From: Anthoceros angustus
Taxonomy: Eukaryota; Plantae; Anthocerotophyta
Assembly: GCA_010909165.1 (NCBI GenBank)
Contig: MU008182.1
Span: 186,001-250,000, forward strand
Length of the DNA: 64,000 bases
Direction: 5' to 3'
The stretch's first letter is position 1. The number at the start of each line of letters is the position of its first letter. The notes beneath the pieces were generated by a model. That model saw only the letters and a list, made by a program, of their open reading frames with translations. It was not told the origin of the DNA and ran no database searches. Shown one piece after another: positions 1-12,189 of the stretch. The translations under genes and the position numbers were made by a program.

Positions 1-961
1 TGTTGATGGCATACTGCACACCATAAGTGGGTCCTGACCGTGGTGGCTGCCTTCCGCCTCTCCCGATCCTTTACCTGATTGATCGTTAGCTCCTCTACCT
101 TCTTCATTACCCGCTCCAAGTCCTCCTTCAAGCCAGCTACTTCCTTTAAAGGGGCTGGATCAGTTGGAGCCTCTCGCACCGGAGCGAGCATCACGACCTC
201 CTTCTTCTCGCCTCTCCGTTTCACCACGGTCTTCTTCTTTTTGTTTTTACGACGGGGTTCTTCCTCCTCCGTAGAGACTTTTGACTCCACCTCTGAGGTC
301 TCCTCCTCCTCCTCCGAAGAAACCTCGGTCTCCTCACCTTCCTCTTCCGAGGGTTCCTCTTCTTCGGACTCCGAGCCCCTTCTCTTCTTTTTCTTGTTCC
401 CCCCTTGGGTCGTCTTCGTTGGGCGGGGGCGTTCTGTGGTGCCCGATACTTCCTCTGGGGGCGTTCTGTGGTGCCCGATACTTCCTCCGGGGGCATTCTG
501 TGGTGCCCGATACTTCCTCCGGGGGCATTCTGTGGTGCCCGATACTTCCTCCGGGGGCCTTCTGTGGTGCCCGATACTTCCTCCGGGGGCCTTCTGTGGT
601 GCCCGATACTTCCTCCGGTACCACTGAGCAGCCGTCCCTCGAAGAACCCCCTGAAACAGTTGGATGAGGTGCGCGTTGGTACCCTCTCCGTTGAAATTCG
701 CCCCTGACACGAAATCCTCCACGAATGTTTCCGCATCCCTCTCCTTCTTACCTCCAAAGAGGGAGTACACTTGCTTCGTCGACGTCAGAGCCATCCCCGC
801 GGCCATCAGTGGTTGAGGGTTCATTGTTCCACTCACTCCCGCCGCCGGACTTCGCACTCCGTCTTCCTCGTGGTCTGATAACTCTACCACGCTTCCACTT
901 ACCTGCCTGCTGGGGCCCTCTGTTGAGCCTGCCGCCTCTCTCGTTCCCGAGCTCTGAGCGC
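1..961 (-). pseudogene. LTR-retrotransposon gag fragment with start of a zinc knuckle, cut by the window edge
   Basis: Minus-strand translation of 1-120 gives LERVMKKVEELTINQVKDRERRKAATTVRTHLWCAVCHQ (coiled coil followed by CxxC of a gag knuckle), preceded by an acidic/basic low-complexity tract. Interrupted at 962 by a TGTGGA-starting element. Confidence 0.6.
425..616. repeat. Tandem minisatellite, 6 x 32 bp (GGGGGC[G/A/C]TTCTGTGGTGCCCGATACTTCCTC[C/T])
   Basis: Units start at 425, 457, 489, 521, 553 and 585; near-identical with no spacers. Confidence 0.95.
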
Positions 962-1587
962 TGTGGACGACGGACTCTCCTTGGGGTTAGGAAATAAGCG
1001 GGGTTTGTTTTTTTTCGTAGGTATGGAGTGTAAAATAAGGCGGAAAGGGAGGAATAAGCACGGACGGTACTCCACAGACTCGTGACGCACTCAGGTAACG
1101 GACCGAGCCCACTCGAGGACCTCCATGACCCGAGTATCAGGATAAGTCCGGACCCCACTCCGGATCAAAACGGGATAAGTACGCCAAGTAAAGTAACTTA
1201 GAAGTTGGAGCGTGAGTTAGACAGGCGGCGCCACGTGGATGGTACTGAGTGGTAGACAAAGGCAGCACTGTGACCGTAGTACTGATGCTGGTCATAGTCA
1301 CGCCCGGCACCAAGGCTTGCAGTGCCAGAGGCGGCGTTAAGCGAAGAGAGTAAGCCATGCCCTCGACATTGATGATGAAATAGACCCGCCCCATGGCTAC
1401 ATCTACCGAGAGAAGCGAGGCGAGGTCATTCTTCCAAACAACTTCTGATTGATTCTCTCGCCGACACCCGCCCGCATTGTCTTTTGATCGCTGTGCACCT
1501 TCCGCGCACTTGGCGAGGAAGCAATCGACGCCGCCGAGGAGCGAGAGATTGTGGAGCCTGCCTCAACAACAATGAAGGAGTGTGAAG

Positions 1588-2640
1588 ATGGGACCCAAGA
1601 AAAGCGGAGGCGGAGCCATGGCGCCTGGTGGAGCGCAACATCGCTACCAAGCGCTACCCGACTTCGGGCCGGAGGAGGAGGCGGAGGAGCCGTGGAGGAG
1701 TGGCACCTTGACATTTTCTGTGCCGTCTCGACCTCGGCTGCCACCCTAGTCCGAGTACGCCAAGATGTTGGCGCGCCAACAACAAGGAGGTCCGATCCAA
1801 GAACTCATGGAGGACTAGGAGGTGGACTGTGAGGTCCCGAGGGCGACAACCGCAAATGGAGGAAGTAGGAGGAGAAAGTACGTAACCCCGAAGGTGAAGG
1901 GAAGGTGGAAGCGGCCAAGGCGGCCCTTTGCGACTGTGAACGCAGCCGTCCTCCAACGATGGTCGGCGTCCGGACCTCAGAGGCACGCTCAGGGGCGAAG
2001 ATTATCGCCCATCGAATATGCTCACCAAGGTGGACCACCTTGGGATAATCTGCCAGTGTTCCTCCACGACCACTGTATGAGAAACCGACGGGCAAGGTGA
2101 TAATCTTTGCCCGGTCAATCTGTGAAGCTCGGTCGAGGTGCGGTTACCTCCGCCGCTGCTATCGCTGCTTTGATTCATGTGGGGGCATGCGAACTTTGAA
2201 GGAGGTGAAGAGGAGTAGTCCCAGTACACGGGCCCACCGAGGCGTGAGGGAAGAGCGCAGGAGGCGGAGGCCCCCACCCCGAGTAAGAGGTCCGGAGGAG
2301 GACGACTGGGAGGGAATTCCAGTCTCCATACGTCCCGGAGTGCACTCGCCACCTAGGGAAGTGTGGGAGGACATCCCGCTTTCCTCCCCGGTGCCCCACC
2401 GGAGCAAGGTAGAACAAAGTGCTTGGACGGAGTTGCTACCCGCAGCGCCAGCCCAACAACAACGATACGGCCGAGCTGACGGACTCACGGAACTGGAAGG
2501 CTAAGACGGGCTGGCGCCAACGCCTGCACTCAGACGGGCGCCTGCTCTTGCCTCCCGCCAACGGAGTGGCAAGAAGCGGAGGAGGCGACGAACGGCGGAA
2601 GGGACGCCGCCCAAGGAGCGGAGGCCACCGGGCAGCCCCA
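1588..2640 (+). pseudogene. Frameshifted accessory ORF, copy 1 (putative plant transposon protein, Transposase_32-like)
   Basis: MGPKK...VEEWHLDIF...TLVR(E)Y...KVDHL(G)DNLPVFLHD; homologous to the ORF at 51147. Confidence 0.55.
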
Positions 2641-3285
2641 CCCGAGCTCTGGCCGGCTACGACGGACTCTCCTTGGGGTTAGAAATAAGCGGGGTTTGTT
2701 TTTTCGTGGGTATGGAGTGTAAAATAAAGGCGGAAAGGAGGAATAAGCACGACGGTACTGCAGTACTCGGCCTCGGGGTAGGTAACGGACACAGGAGCCC
2801 ACTCGAAGGACCTCAGGACCACTTGCCGAGTGGATAAGTCCGGACCCCACTCCGGATCAAAGCAGGATAAATCGCCAAGTAACTTAGAAGTTGGGCGTGA
2901 GTTAGGCAGGCGGCGCCACGTGGATGGTCTTGAGTGGTGACGGGCATCGGCAGACGACCGTAGCATTGGCCCGATGGCGTTATAGTCACGCTCCAGTGCC
3001 GCGGCGGTAAGGCTAGAGTAAGCGGCGTAAGGCGAGAGTAAGCCATGCGGGCTCCCGGCGATTCTGGACGGGCGAAGCCCGCCCCTTGGCGGTTACTTCG
3101 ACGAGAGAAGCGGGCGGTCATTCTTCCAAACAACCGGCGATTTACGCATTCTCTGTTCGAGACACGCTCTGGCATTGTCTTTTGATCGCCGCCGCTTCCA
3201 GCGGTTCGACTTGGCGAGGAAGCAAGCGCTTGGGGAGCGAGATTGTGGAGCCTCCGTCTCAGCGGTGAGCGGAAGGAGTGTGAAG

Positions 3286-6200
3286 ATGGGACCCAAGAAG
3301 GCGGCGGAGGCATGGGAGCCATGGCGCTTGGTGGAACGCTTCACCAAGCGCTACCGGACTTTCGGGCCGTGGGCTGGAGGCGGAGGCTGGTGGAGGAGTG
3401 GCACCTTGACATTTTCACGGACCTTGACAGCGTCACCCTAGTCCGGAGTACGCCGGAAGATGTTGGCGGCCAACAAGGAGGTCCGATCAAGAACTGCGGG
3501 AGGACCTAGGAGGTGGGAGTGGAGGTCACGAGGCGGTTACAACCGCCGGTGAATAGGAGGAGTAGTACGGAACCCCGAAGGTGAAGGGAAGGTGGAAGCG
3601 GCCAAGGCGGCCCTTTGCGACCGAGGCAGCGGTCCTCCAACGGATGGTCGATGGCGGACCTCACAGGCGGAGGAATGCGTTGATGGCGAAGATTATCCCA
3701 CTGGAACATGCTCATCAAGGTGGACCACCTTGGGATAATCTGCCAGTGTTCCTCCACGACCTACGGAAGCCGGCGTGAGGCGGGATAATCTTCGCCCGGG
3801 TCAATCGGGAAGCTACATGGCGAGGTTAGAAGCCACCTCCGTCAGGCGTTATCGCCGTTTTGATTCATGTGTGGGGGCATGCGAACCTCTTGAAGGAGGG
3901 TGAAGAGAGGCACTCGGAAGGGTGGCGCTCTAGGCGGAGGCGGAGCGCGGGCGGAGGCCCGCCCGGTCGGAGTAAGAGGTCGGGAGGAGGGCGGCGGGAG
4001 ATTCGAGGCTCCATACGTGCAGGCGGACCCCCTCGCCACCTAGGGAAGTGTGGGAGGACATCCCGCTTCTCTCCTCCACAGTGCCCCGGGCGGTGGCCTT
4101 GAGCGGCCACGGGGCGGGAGTTGGCGACTCCGGCTCGGCGGCCAACAACAACGGCAGTTGAGCCCGACTCGTCGGGCAAAGGCGGAAAAGGCGCCTGTCA
4201 GCGCCGCACCGGGCGCCCGTGCCCTTGCCTGCCAGCGGGTGGCAAGAAGCGGAGGCGGAGGCGGAAAGGGACGCCCAAGGCGGGGAGGCCAGCGGCCACG
4301 GGCACATCCTGTCTCCGGCCGGAGGCAAAGGCCAGCTCCGGACCCCTTCACCACCTCGAGCCCGGAGAAAAAGGGCGGAGAAGGAGTTAGCGGCCAAGAG
4401 GGCCAAGGAAGGTGAGGCTCCGGACCTCAGCACTCAAGACCTAAGGGTCCTGATTTGGTCCGGAGAGCCCAGTCCGGACTCGCTCCGGACTGCAGTATGG
4501 CGGTCCTTAACGGACCGGGAGATGCCCGCGCCCACAGCGGACTTCCTGGGCATCTCCCCAGCGGCAGCCGTGGAAGAAACGCGGCGAGTTTTAGCTACCG
4601 TCATGGACGGTATGCTTTGGGGTCTTGGACGGTGAAGACCCAGGAGGTGGAGGCCACAAGAGGCGATGGTGCCCTCCAGAGCGATGGAGGCCATGATGCT
4701 AAGAAGAAGGCGAATCCTCAGAATCAGAGGAGGAAAATGCCTGGAGGCGAGCGAGAATCTGACGGTCCAAAGAAGACCGGACTAAGATCTTTCACCGTAA
4801 CAACAAGCGGGCATGCGGGAGGCCCAAGCACGGCTGAAGACCTGCAAAACGGAGGCGAAGCGCGTAAGGAGGCGGAGGAGGGTCGAGGTCGGAGACGCCC
4901 GCGACCGCCGAGGCGGCTGCCAGACCAACACCAAGTGAGGCTCGGTGAAAGCGGCGGGAGGCGGCTTGTGGGTCGGGGATCACTACGGCGTGATCGGGCC
5001 GGTGGAGGAGGCGGTGGGGTAGCAGCTAACCTTCGAGCAGGTGGCAGTGGCGGTAGCAGGCGAGCGGAAGAGATGGAGGCCGGCACCGAGAATAGGGACC
5101 TCAGTGCAGTGCGAAGCGGAGGCGGCGGGAGTTGGCGGCAAGGACACCACAGGCTGCAACTCCAAGAGCGTCGGAACAACACAGGATTCTCAGCAGGAGA
5201 ATCAAGACTTGACGGAGATAGGCGCCTCAACCGCTGAGGCGGAGGAGAATAGGCGATCAAGGAGTTGGGCGTCGCCGGTGAAGAAAGGCCAGAGGAAGCC
5301 GAGAGTCAGGCGGAGATCTGCCCGCTTTGGAGAAGGAAGTGGCGGACCTCAGGTAAGGATGAGCGGAGGAGGAGGCTGGAGGCTGCTTGTCCGATTGCGG
5401 GAGCGAGAGGAGCTCGGCTCCATGGCAGCAAATTGGTGGGCTGCAGCAGCGAGGAGGAGGACACGTCGGCGGCAAAGGCGGAAAAGGCGCCTGTCAGCGC
5501 CGCACCGGGGCGCCCGTGCCCTTGCCTGCCAGCGGAGTGGCAAGCGGAGGGGCGTCTGAGGCGGAAAGGGACGCCCAAGGCGGGAGGCCAGCGGCCACGG
5601 GCACATCCTGTCTCCGGCCGGGAGGCAAAGGCCAGCTCCGGACCCCTTCACCACCTCAAGCCCGGAGAAAAAGGCGGAGAAGGGTTAAGCGGCCAAGAGG
5701 GCCAAGGAAGGTGAGGCTCGGGACCTCGGCCTCAAGACCTAAGGGTCTGATTTGGTCCGGAGAGCCAGTCCGGACTCGCTCGATGCGATATGGCGGTCCT
5801 TACGGACCGGAGATGCCCAGCCCACAGGCGGACTTCACAGGCATCTCTCCCAGCGGCAATGGAAGAAGCGGTGAGTTTTAGCTACCGTCATGGGCGGTAT
5901 GCTTTAGGGTCTTGGACGGTGAAGACCAGGAGGTGGAGGCCAAGGCGCATGGTGCTCCTCCGGGGGAGCAGATGGGCGGCCCAGAGCGCGGCGGAATCCC
6001 TCGCTCGGGTGAGGAGGAAAATGTCGGAGGCGGAGGCGGAGTGCAGACGGTCCAAGCGAGGTCTGAGCTATCAGGAGCCCAAGCGTCTGGCGGAGGCCTG
6101 TGGAGGCGGCGGAGGCGCGCGACTGGCAGCTCGGCTAGACCAACACCAAGTGAGGCTCGGTGAAAGCGGCGGGAGGCGGCTTGTGGGTCGGGGATCACTA

Positions 6201-7064
6201 CGGCGTGATCGGGCCGGTGGAGGAGGCGGTGGGGTAGCAGCTAACCTTCGAGCAGGTGGCAGTGGCGGTAGCAGGCGAGCGGAAGAGATGGAGGCCGGCA
6301 CCGAGAATAGGGACCTCAGTGCAGTGCGAAGCGGAGGCGGCGGGGAGTTGGGCGGCAAGGACACCACAGGCTGCAACTCCAAGAGCGTCGGAACAACACA
6401 GGATTCTCAGCAGGAGAATCAAGACTTGACGGAGATAGGCGCCTCAACCGCTGAGGCGGAGGAGAATAGGCGGCCATCCAAGGAGTTGGGCGTCGCCGGT
6501 GAAGAAAGGCCAGAGGAAGCCGAGAGTCAGGCGGAGATCTGCCCGCTTTGGAGAAGGAAGTGGCGGACCTCAGGTAAGGATGAGCGGAGGGAGGAGGCTG
6601 GAGGCTGCTTGTCCGATTGCGGGAGCGAGAGGAGCTCGGCTCCATGGCAGCAAATTGGTGGGCTGCAGCAGCGAGGAGGAGGACACGTCGGCGGCAAAGG
6701 CTGCGGGAGGTGTCGGAGGCCGCCTTGGCGGCATCAAAATCTGCCCGGCTCGGTTGTGCCTAGCGGCGGAGCGGCGGCCAGGCGGACAACACGCCCGTGC
6801 GGAGCACCTCGGAGGAGGGGTAGGTGCTCGGGCCCATGTGGAGGAGGCAATTCCAAGTTGACTCCGACTTTGCCTACTACCACGCGGAGCTTCTCAAGGC
6901 TTGGAGGTGGCCACCCTCGGCGGTGGGACAGTTCAGATGGGTCGGAAGGAGGAGGCGAGGAGGAGGCCCGGAGATATGACCACAGGGACCTTAGGAGCTT
7001 GACTTCCATGACGAGCAGGGGCGAGGGGAGCAGGAGGAGCAAGACGAGGGAAGGTCAGGCCTGA
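3286..7064 (+). pseudogene. Frameshifted accessory ORF, copy 2, with long E/R/A-rich C-terminus (partly duplicated)
   Basis: MGPKKAAEAWEPWRLVERFTKRY...EEWHLDIFTDLDSVTLVR...RTPSPP...RRAEKELAAKRAKE, matching the 51147-53000 copy. Confidence 0.55.
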
Positions 7065-8679
7065 GGTAAGCACTCAGACCTCACCAAGGAAGGAGGGGAG
7101 GAGGGCCCCGAGGGGGCCGAGAAGAGGCAACCCGGAACCATGGAGGACTCAGGAACCATTGAGAAGTCCAATGAGGGGGAAACTAGCTCGTGAGTCGGAC
7201 TTTGTCGGACTCTGAAGAGCGGACCCGGTCCGGCCTCTGGTCTGGACTCGGTCCGGACTCTGGTGAGACGGACCACGAGGTCAGGACTCAAGGGGCCCAA
7301 GATCGGACCCGGAGTCCGGACCCAGGTCCGGACTCGAAGAAGACCGGATCCGAGGTCCGGACCGAGAAAGGCCGGACCTAGAGGTCCGAACTCGAGTCGG
7401 CCCGGACCACAGAGTTCGAGACTCGGGAGGCGGAGGAGCCACCAATCACCAACCCGTGAACCATCTCTTGGAGGGCCAGCAGGCCCGCCGGGAGATAAGA
7501 GAGGATGGGAGGAGGATTTAGTGGTGACCCGCCCGTTGTCGAGCCGCGGTGGCCTGTGAGTCTCGGGGAGGTAGGGGCCCGCCTCGGATCATCCGATTGT
7601 GCGCGTGATTGTGAGCTAGGCTTGGGCCGCCCAGGCGCCAAGGCGGAATCGGGGCAACCCACCACCCGGCAGGCGTAGATAGGTGGAATAAGGGAAATAG
7701 TAGGCGGCGATTAAAGCATCATTTCGGAATAGGGTGTAATAAAGGCCGACCTTGGTAGTATAAGTGAGGTCTCTAAGTAAATATCTTTCTCTTGGTGTTG
7801 ATGCGCGTCTTCTTGCGGGCCCTTTGTGTGCCTTCTTGCTAGCGTGAGTCTGAGTCAGCAGGCGGGCCGGCGGCTCGGGAGGCAGTCAAGGTCACAGTGA
7901 GCGGACCCTAACGTGTGGTGGTGTGTGCGAGGAAGGCGACCGGACCCTTGCTCATCTCGGCGGCCAGCGTCGGACGGGCCGGGCGAGCGAGGAACTTTGA
8001 GGCGCAGAGCCGGATGGAGAGGCTGGCGAGCGGTCCGGACCGCGTAGCCACCGTGATTTTCCCAAGGATAATGAGTGAAGTGTGAATGGTGAGAGGAGCG
8101 GACCGGAGGGCAGTGACAAACTTGAATGATAGGGACACGAACGGGTCCTTAAACGTTTAGCCACTGTCCGTGAATTCTGAGTAGTTAGTCGTAAAGCGAT
8201 GAATGTGTGTGTGGAGTCTAAAAGCGGTACTACGTGAGGTGAGAAAGCGATTGAAGCGTGTGGAGCCTATCATTCTCTTGAGCGGACCTCCTTACTACAG
8301 CGACCATTATGCGCGCCGGTGGCCGTCGGTAGTCGTGCCACAAGCGCATGAGATTCTGGCGTCCGACTCCCCCAGCGATTCGTTCTTGACCACCTTTCGT
8401 CCTCCACGCATTCACCCTCTCGTTCGTACTATGCTATGGAACAATCTCATTCCCCGGCAACGGCGACAAAATGTGGCGCGACTTTCGCTGACGGCCAGCC
8501 GGGCGCGCACGGTCCCGTGTCGTTGTGGTAAGGGGTCCGTTCCCAAAGGAATGATTGGTTCCGTTTTACACGTCTCAAACCGATTCTCGCCTTGCCGTTG
8601 TGGCCGTTTCTACCCAAGATCGCACGCGCTCGCGATTTTACTATTATCTACTCTTAACCATCCACCGAACAGGCCCGGC

Positions 8680-9750
8680 GTGGCCAAACGTTTAAGGACT
8701 CGTTCGCGTCCGTATCCTACCAGTCCGTTCTACATTTCGTCTAGTCCGTCCTCCTTACCACTCTCACTACGCTCATCTTCCATTGGGAAAGAGTGGGTGG
8801 ATTGCGCAGTCCGGACCTCTGTCGCTGTCCCACCAGGCCTCTCCGTCCGGGCTCCACACGCCCTCCCGGAGTTCCACTGGTTTCATGCGTTCCGGTCCGT
8901 CCGACGTCGGCCACCTGCTCCGGAAGAGCAAGGGTCTCTGGTCGTACGCCTCTGCACACACCACCACACGTTAGGGTCCGTCACCAGGACCTTGATCAAT
9001 CTCTCGGGCCGCTGTGGCTCGCCACCGACTCGGGACTCGCGCAAGGACACATAAGGGTCTACAAGAGAACGCGGTATCCACCCCAAAAGAAAGATGCCTT
9101 ACTAGAGCAGCCCCTGCCCTCTTGTACTACGCCCAAAGGCGGCGTCTTATTACACTCCTATTCTGAGCTGATGTCCAGCTCAGTGTGCCCTAGCCTTCCG
9201 CCCACTATTCTCCCTTAGCCCGCCTATCTACGTCGTCGGCGATGGGGCTGGGAGTGCCCATGATTCCGCCCCGGTGGCTCAATCTGTCCCGGTCCAGCCA
9301 GGCCCAATCGGATGATCATGAGGCGGCGCCTTCCCGAGATCTCGCTGTTAATGGCCAAGGCTTCTCTGCCAGCTGGGCCCATCCGTTGCTAAACCCAACC
9401 TCAGTGGCCATGGTCTTCCGACCCTATCTCGGCCATGGCCACGGCTGAGGCCATGGTTTGCAAACCCTTCACACGGCCATGCTGTCTGGTCTCGTCTCCG
9501 GAGTCCGGACCTCAGGGTCCGGACTCGCGGGTCCTTGAACTCCCTCACCCAGAGAACTCCCCGGGGGTCCGTCCTCGCCCACCGGACCCCCTGCCTATCT
9601 TGGGTCTTCCTGGACTTCTCCTTCTCTGACCCCCTCAGGGCCCTGCTCCCTTTCTTCCCTAGTGGGGTGCGACGGACTTACCTCATGTCTGGTGGTGTCC
9701 GCCGTATCCCGCTCATCTTGATGCTCCCCCTCCCCATTGCTGCTCTCATC
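8680..9750 (-). mobile_element. Inverted, diverged copy of the 3' part of the same LTR-like module
   Basis: 8680 GTGGCCAAACGTTTAAGGACTCGTTCGCGTCC is the reverse complement of ~8132-8164. ~9655-9690 matches ~7060-7092 inverted. A further partial copy lies at ~11210-12085. Confidence 0.7.
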
Positions 9751-9767
9751 CCCGAACAGCGCTTCCA

Positions 9768-10063
9768 GAGGAGGATTTCATAAAGTAAAGTATCACGTCT
9801 TGCACTTCCATACTCGCGAGTCCTTTGCTCCTTGTAAAGGAATTTTGTGCCGGCTGCAAGCCAACATAGTGTCTGGTAGAGAGGAAGTTTGCGGTGGTCG
9901 GAGTGCTTGGTAGAGGGCTTGCTCCCTGTGAGCACCTCGACGAGTTGCTCCCCTTGTGAATGGTTGCTGTGAAATTGCTTTGCTTTGGGTGTGTGGCGAT
10001 ACCCAAGGATCTCTCGGCTTGAGGGTAGACTATAGGGAAAGACTCCCTGGAGGTTCTGTCGAC
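9768..10063 (+). mobile_element. 3' half (R/U5-like) of a short LTR family
   Basis: Diverged reverse-complement match to 39206-39480; duplicated at ~13893-14128. Confidence 0.65.
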
Positions 10064-12189
10064 CCTAAGCCGCCGGAGGGAGCGAAAGGAGAGAAGGGAG
10101 CTGAAGAGGAAGAAGAACGGAGAGAGTACTACGGATACGGAGGAGGGTAGTCAAGCAAGGGAGGTGGCGGAAGATCCAGCCAAGGAGGGGGAGTTGAACT
10201 GGGCAACTCCGCCGGAGGAATCGCCCGGTGAGAAATTCCCTGAGACGGATAAAGGAAGCGCGGACCCACCCAAGGCACCACCCCAGTTCCCGCCAGATGT
10301 GGTCCGAGAGGTAACGGAGATGCTTCAGGAGGAAATCCGACAGGATCCGGAGGTGGTCCGGCCACAGCGCACTACTAGAAACCTGCTGCGTATGTAACGT
10401 TTTTTTGTTGTAGTTCTTGTTATGGTGATCAAAAACGTTACAACGGATGGTATGGGAGAGACTCCGTCACACAAGCCTAACTTTGTTACATTGTCTGTTA
10501 CTCTTCTCTCTACTTGAATGGCGTACTTCCCTCCAACCGCGTCCCTCTTTCTCACTTATCTATAGTAAAAATAGTTTCACTACTTGGTACATTTGAGGTC
10601 CCAGTTCTAGTTCCATTGTCGATCGGGCCCGTGAACTCCCTTGTAATTATGTTCATCCAAGCCCTCCCACGCGTGGTCCGGCAGCCTCTTGTCATGCTCG
10701 CTTTTTCATGCACCTTCCCTTAAAATATCTTTGGAAACCTCACGCCACATCCACTTGGTGGGTTCCACTCTTACTCGCACCGGGTGGGCGGGTTCTCCCC
10801 TGTGAGAGCGTTTGGCCTGTTTTGTCTTGTCTTTGGGTATCCGGGCCCGGGCGTGCCTTGTGGAAAACCGTGACATGGTGATGTTGTTCCGGTACCCTAA
10901 AACCGTATTTTGGAAGTGGCATGTATGTCTGATCCAACCCATACGAGATGGACAATGTACCCGGACAGTTAGTCATCTGGTAAATGCGACTATGCGGATG
11001 TCCGTTGCGATATGGTGAGGATAACAGGATCAACATTCGATTGTCACGCGAATACATTGTTGTTCTTAGAAGTTATAGCGACTCGATTCTGTTGTTGTGA
11101 GTGAAGATGGAGACAAAAGCGAGCTACATGGGCTTGAGTCCTCGGAATGGCGGCGCCACAGTTGGCCTTGCACATACAACATCGCACTCCCACCGTGCTT
11201 CCAATGGTGGATTGCGGCCGGACCTCCGGCCGCTGTCCCACCAGCCTCCGTCCGGCCCACACGCCCCCGGAGTTCCACCGGTTTCATGCGCCCGGTCACG
11301 ACGTGCCACACGGCCTCAAGAGTAAGCGTGGCCTCTGTCGTACGCCTCGCACACACCATCACACGCTAGGGTCCGCTACCAGACCTTGATCAATCTCTCG
11401 GCTGTGGCTCACCACTCAGACTCGCGTTAGCAAGGACACATAAGGGTCTACAAGAGAACGCGTATCCACCCCAAAAGAAAGATGCCTTACCAGAGCCTTC
11501 TGTACTACGCCCAAAGGCGTCTTATTACATTCTATTCCTGAAACATGTCCAGCCTGGGCAGGCCCTAGCCTTCCGCCCACTATTCTCCCTTAGCCCGCCT
11601 ATCTACGCTGGCGATGGGGCTGGAGTGTCGGCTGATTCCGCCTACCGGTGGCAACTGGTCCCTCATACAGGCCAAGGCTCCAATCGGATGATCCGCGAGG
11701 CGGCGCCTTCCCGAGATCTCGCTGTTAATGGCCAAGGTTCTGTTCGGGCTGGCCAACAAGTGGGCCCTCATCCGTTGCCTTAAACCCAACCCTGGCCAGT
11801 GGCCATGGTCTTCCGACCCTATCTCGGCCATGGCCACGGCTGAGGCCATGGTTTGCAAACCCTTCACACGGCCATGCTGTCTGGTCTCGTCTCCGAGTCC
11901 GGACCTCGTGGTCCGGACCATGGGTCCTGAACTCCCTCACCTGGAGAACTCCCGGGGTCCGTCTCGCCCACGGACCCCCGCCTATCTTGGGTCTTCTGGA
12001 CTTCTCCTTCTCACCCCCGTGGCCCGCCTCCCTTTCTTCCCTAGTGGGGTGCGGACTTACCTCATGTCCGGTGGTGTCCGCCAAAACGCTTAAGGACTGC
12101 TCACTGGGCCCCAGATCCTACATGGTTCTACTCGCCTAGTCAGCCCCTCCTTACCACTCTCACTACGCCATCTTCCATTGGGAAAGAGT

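Larger units (their letters stand above)
962..8164 (+). mobile_element. Long LTR-like module (TGTGGA...GCCAC) carrying an accessory ORF; internally duplicated
   Basis: Starts TGTGGACG at 962 like the copy at 50561; ends CCTTAAACGTTTAGCCAC near 8164. Internal duplications: ~946-2640 vs ~2641-4300, and ~4150-5460 vs ~5465-6700. GTCCGGA-rich repeats at ~7190-7410. Confidence 0.6.

Noticed and set aside
425-616. CRISPR-like array (32-bp repeats)
   Set aside because: Units are contiguous with no spacers, there are no cas genes, and the context is eukaryotic.
4455-9218. Long R/G/P-rich ORFs in the track (e.g. 5790-7064, 8203-9054) as separate genes
   Set aside because: Alternative frames or frameshift mosaics of GC-rich TE sequence with no recognisable domains.
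962-9758. One element with a GCGC target-site duplication
   Set aside because: The flanks do not rejoin (minus-strand gag vs mid-LTR sequence); likely coincidence in GC-rich DNA.
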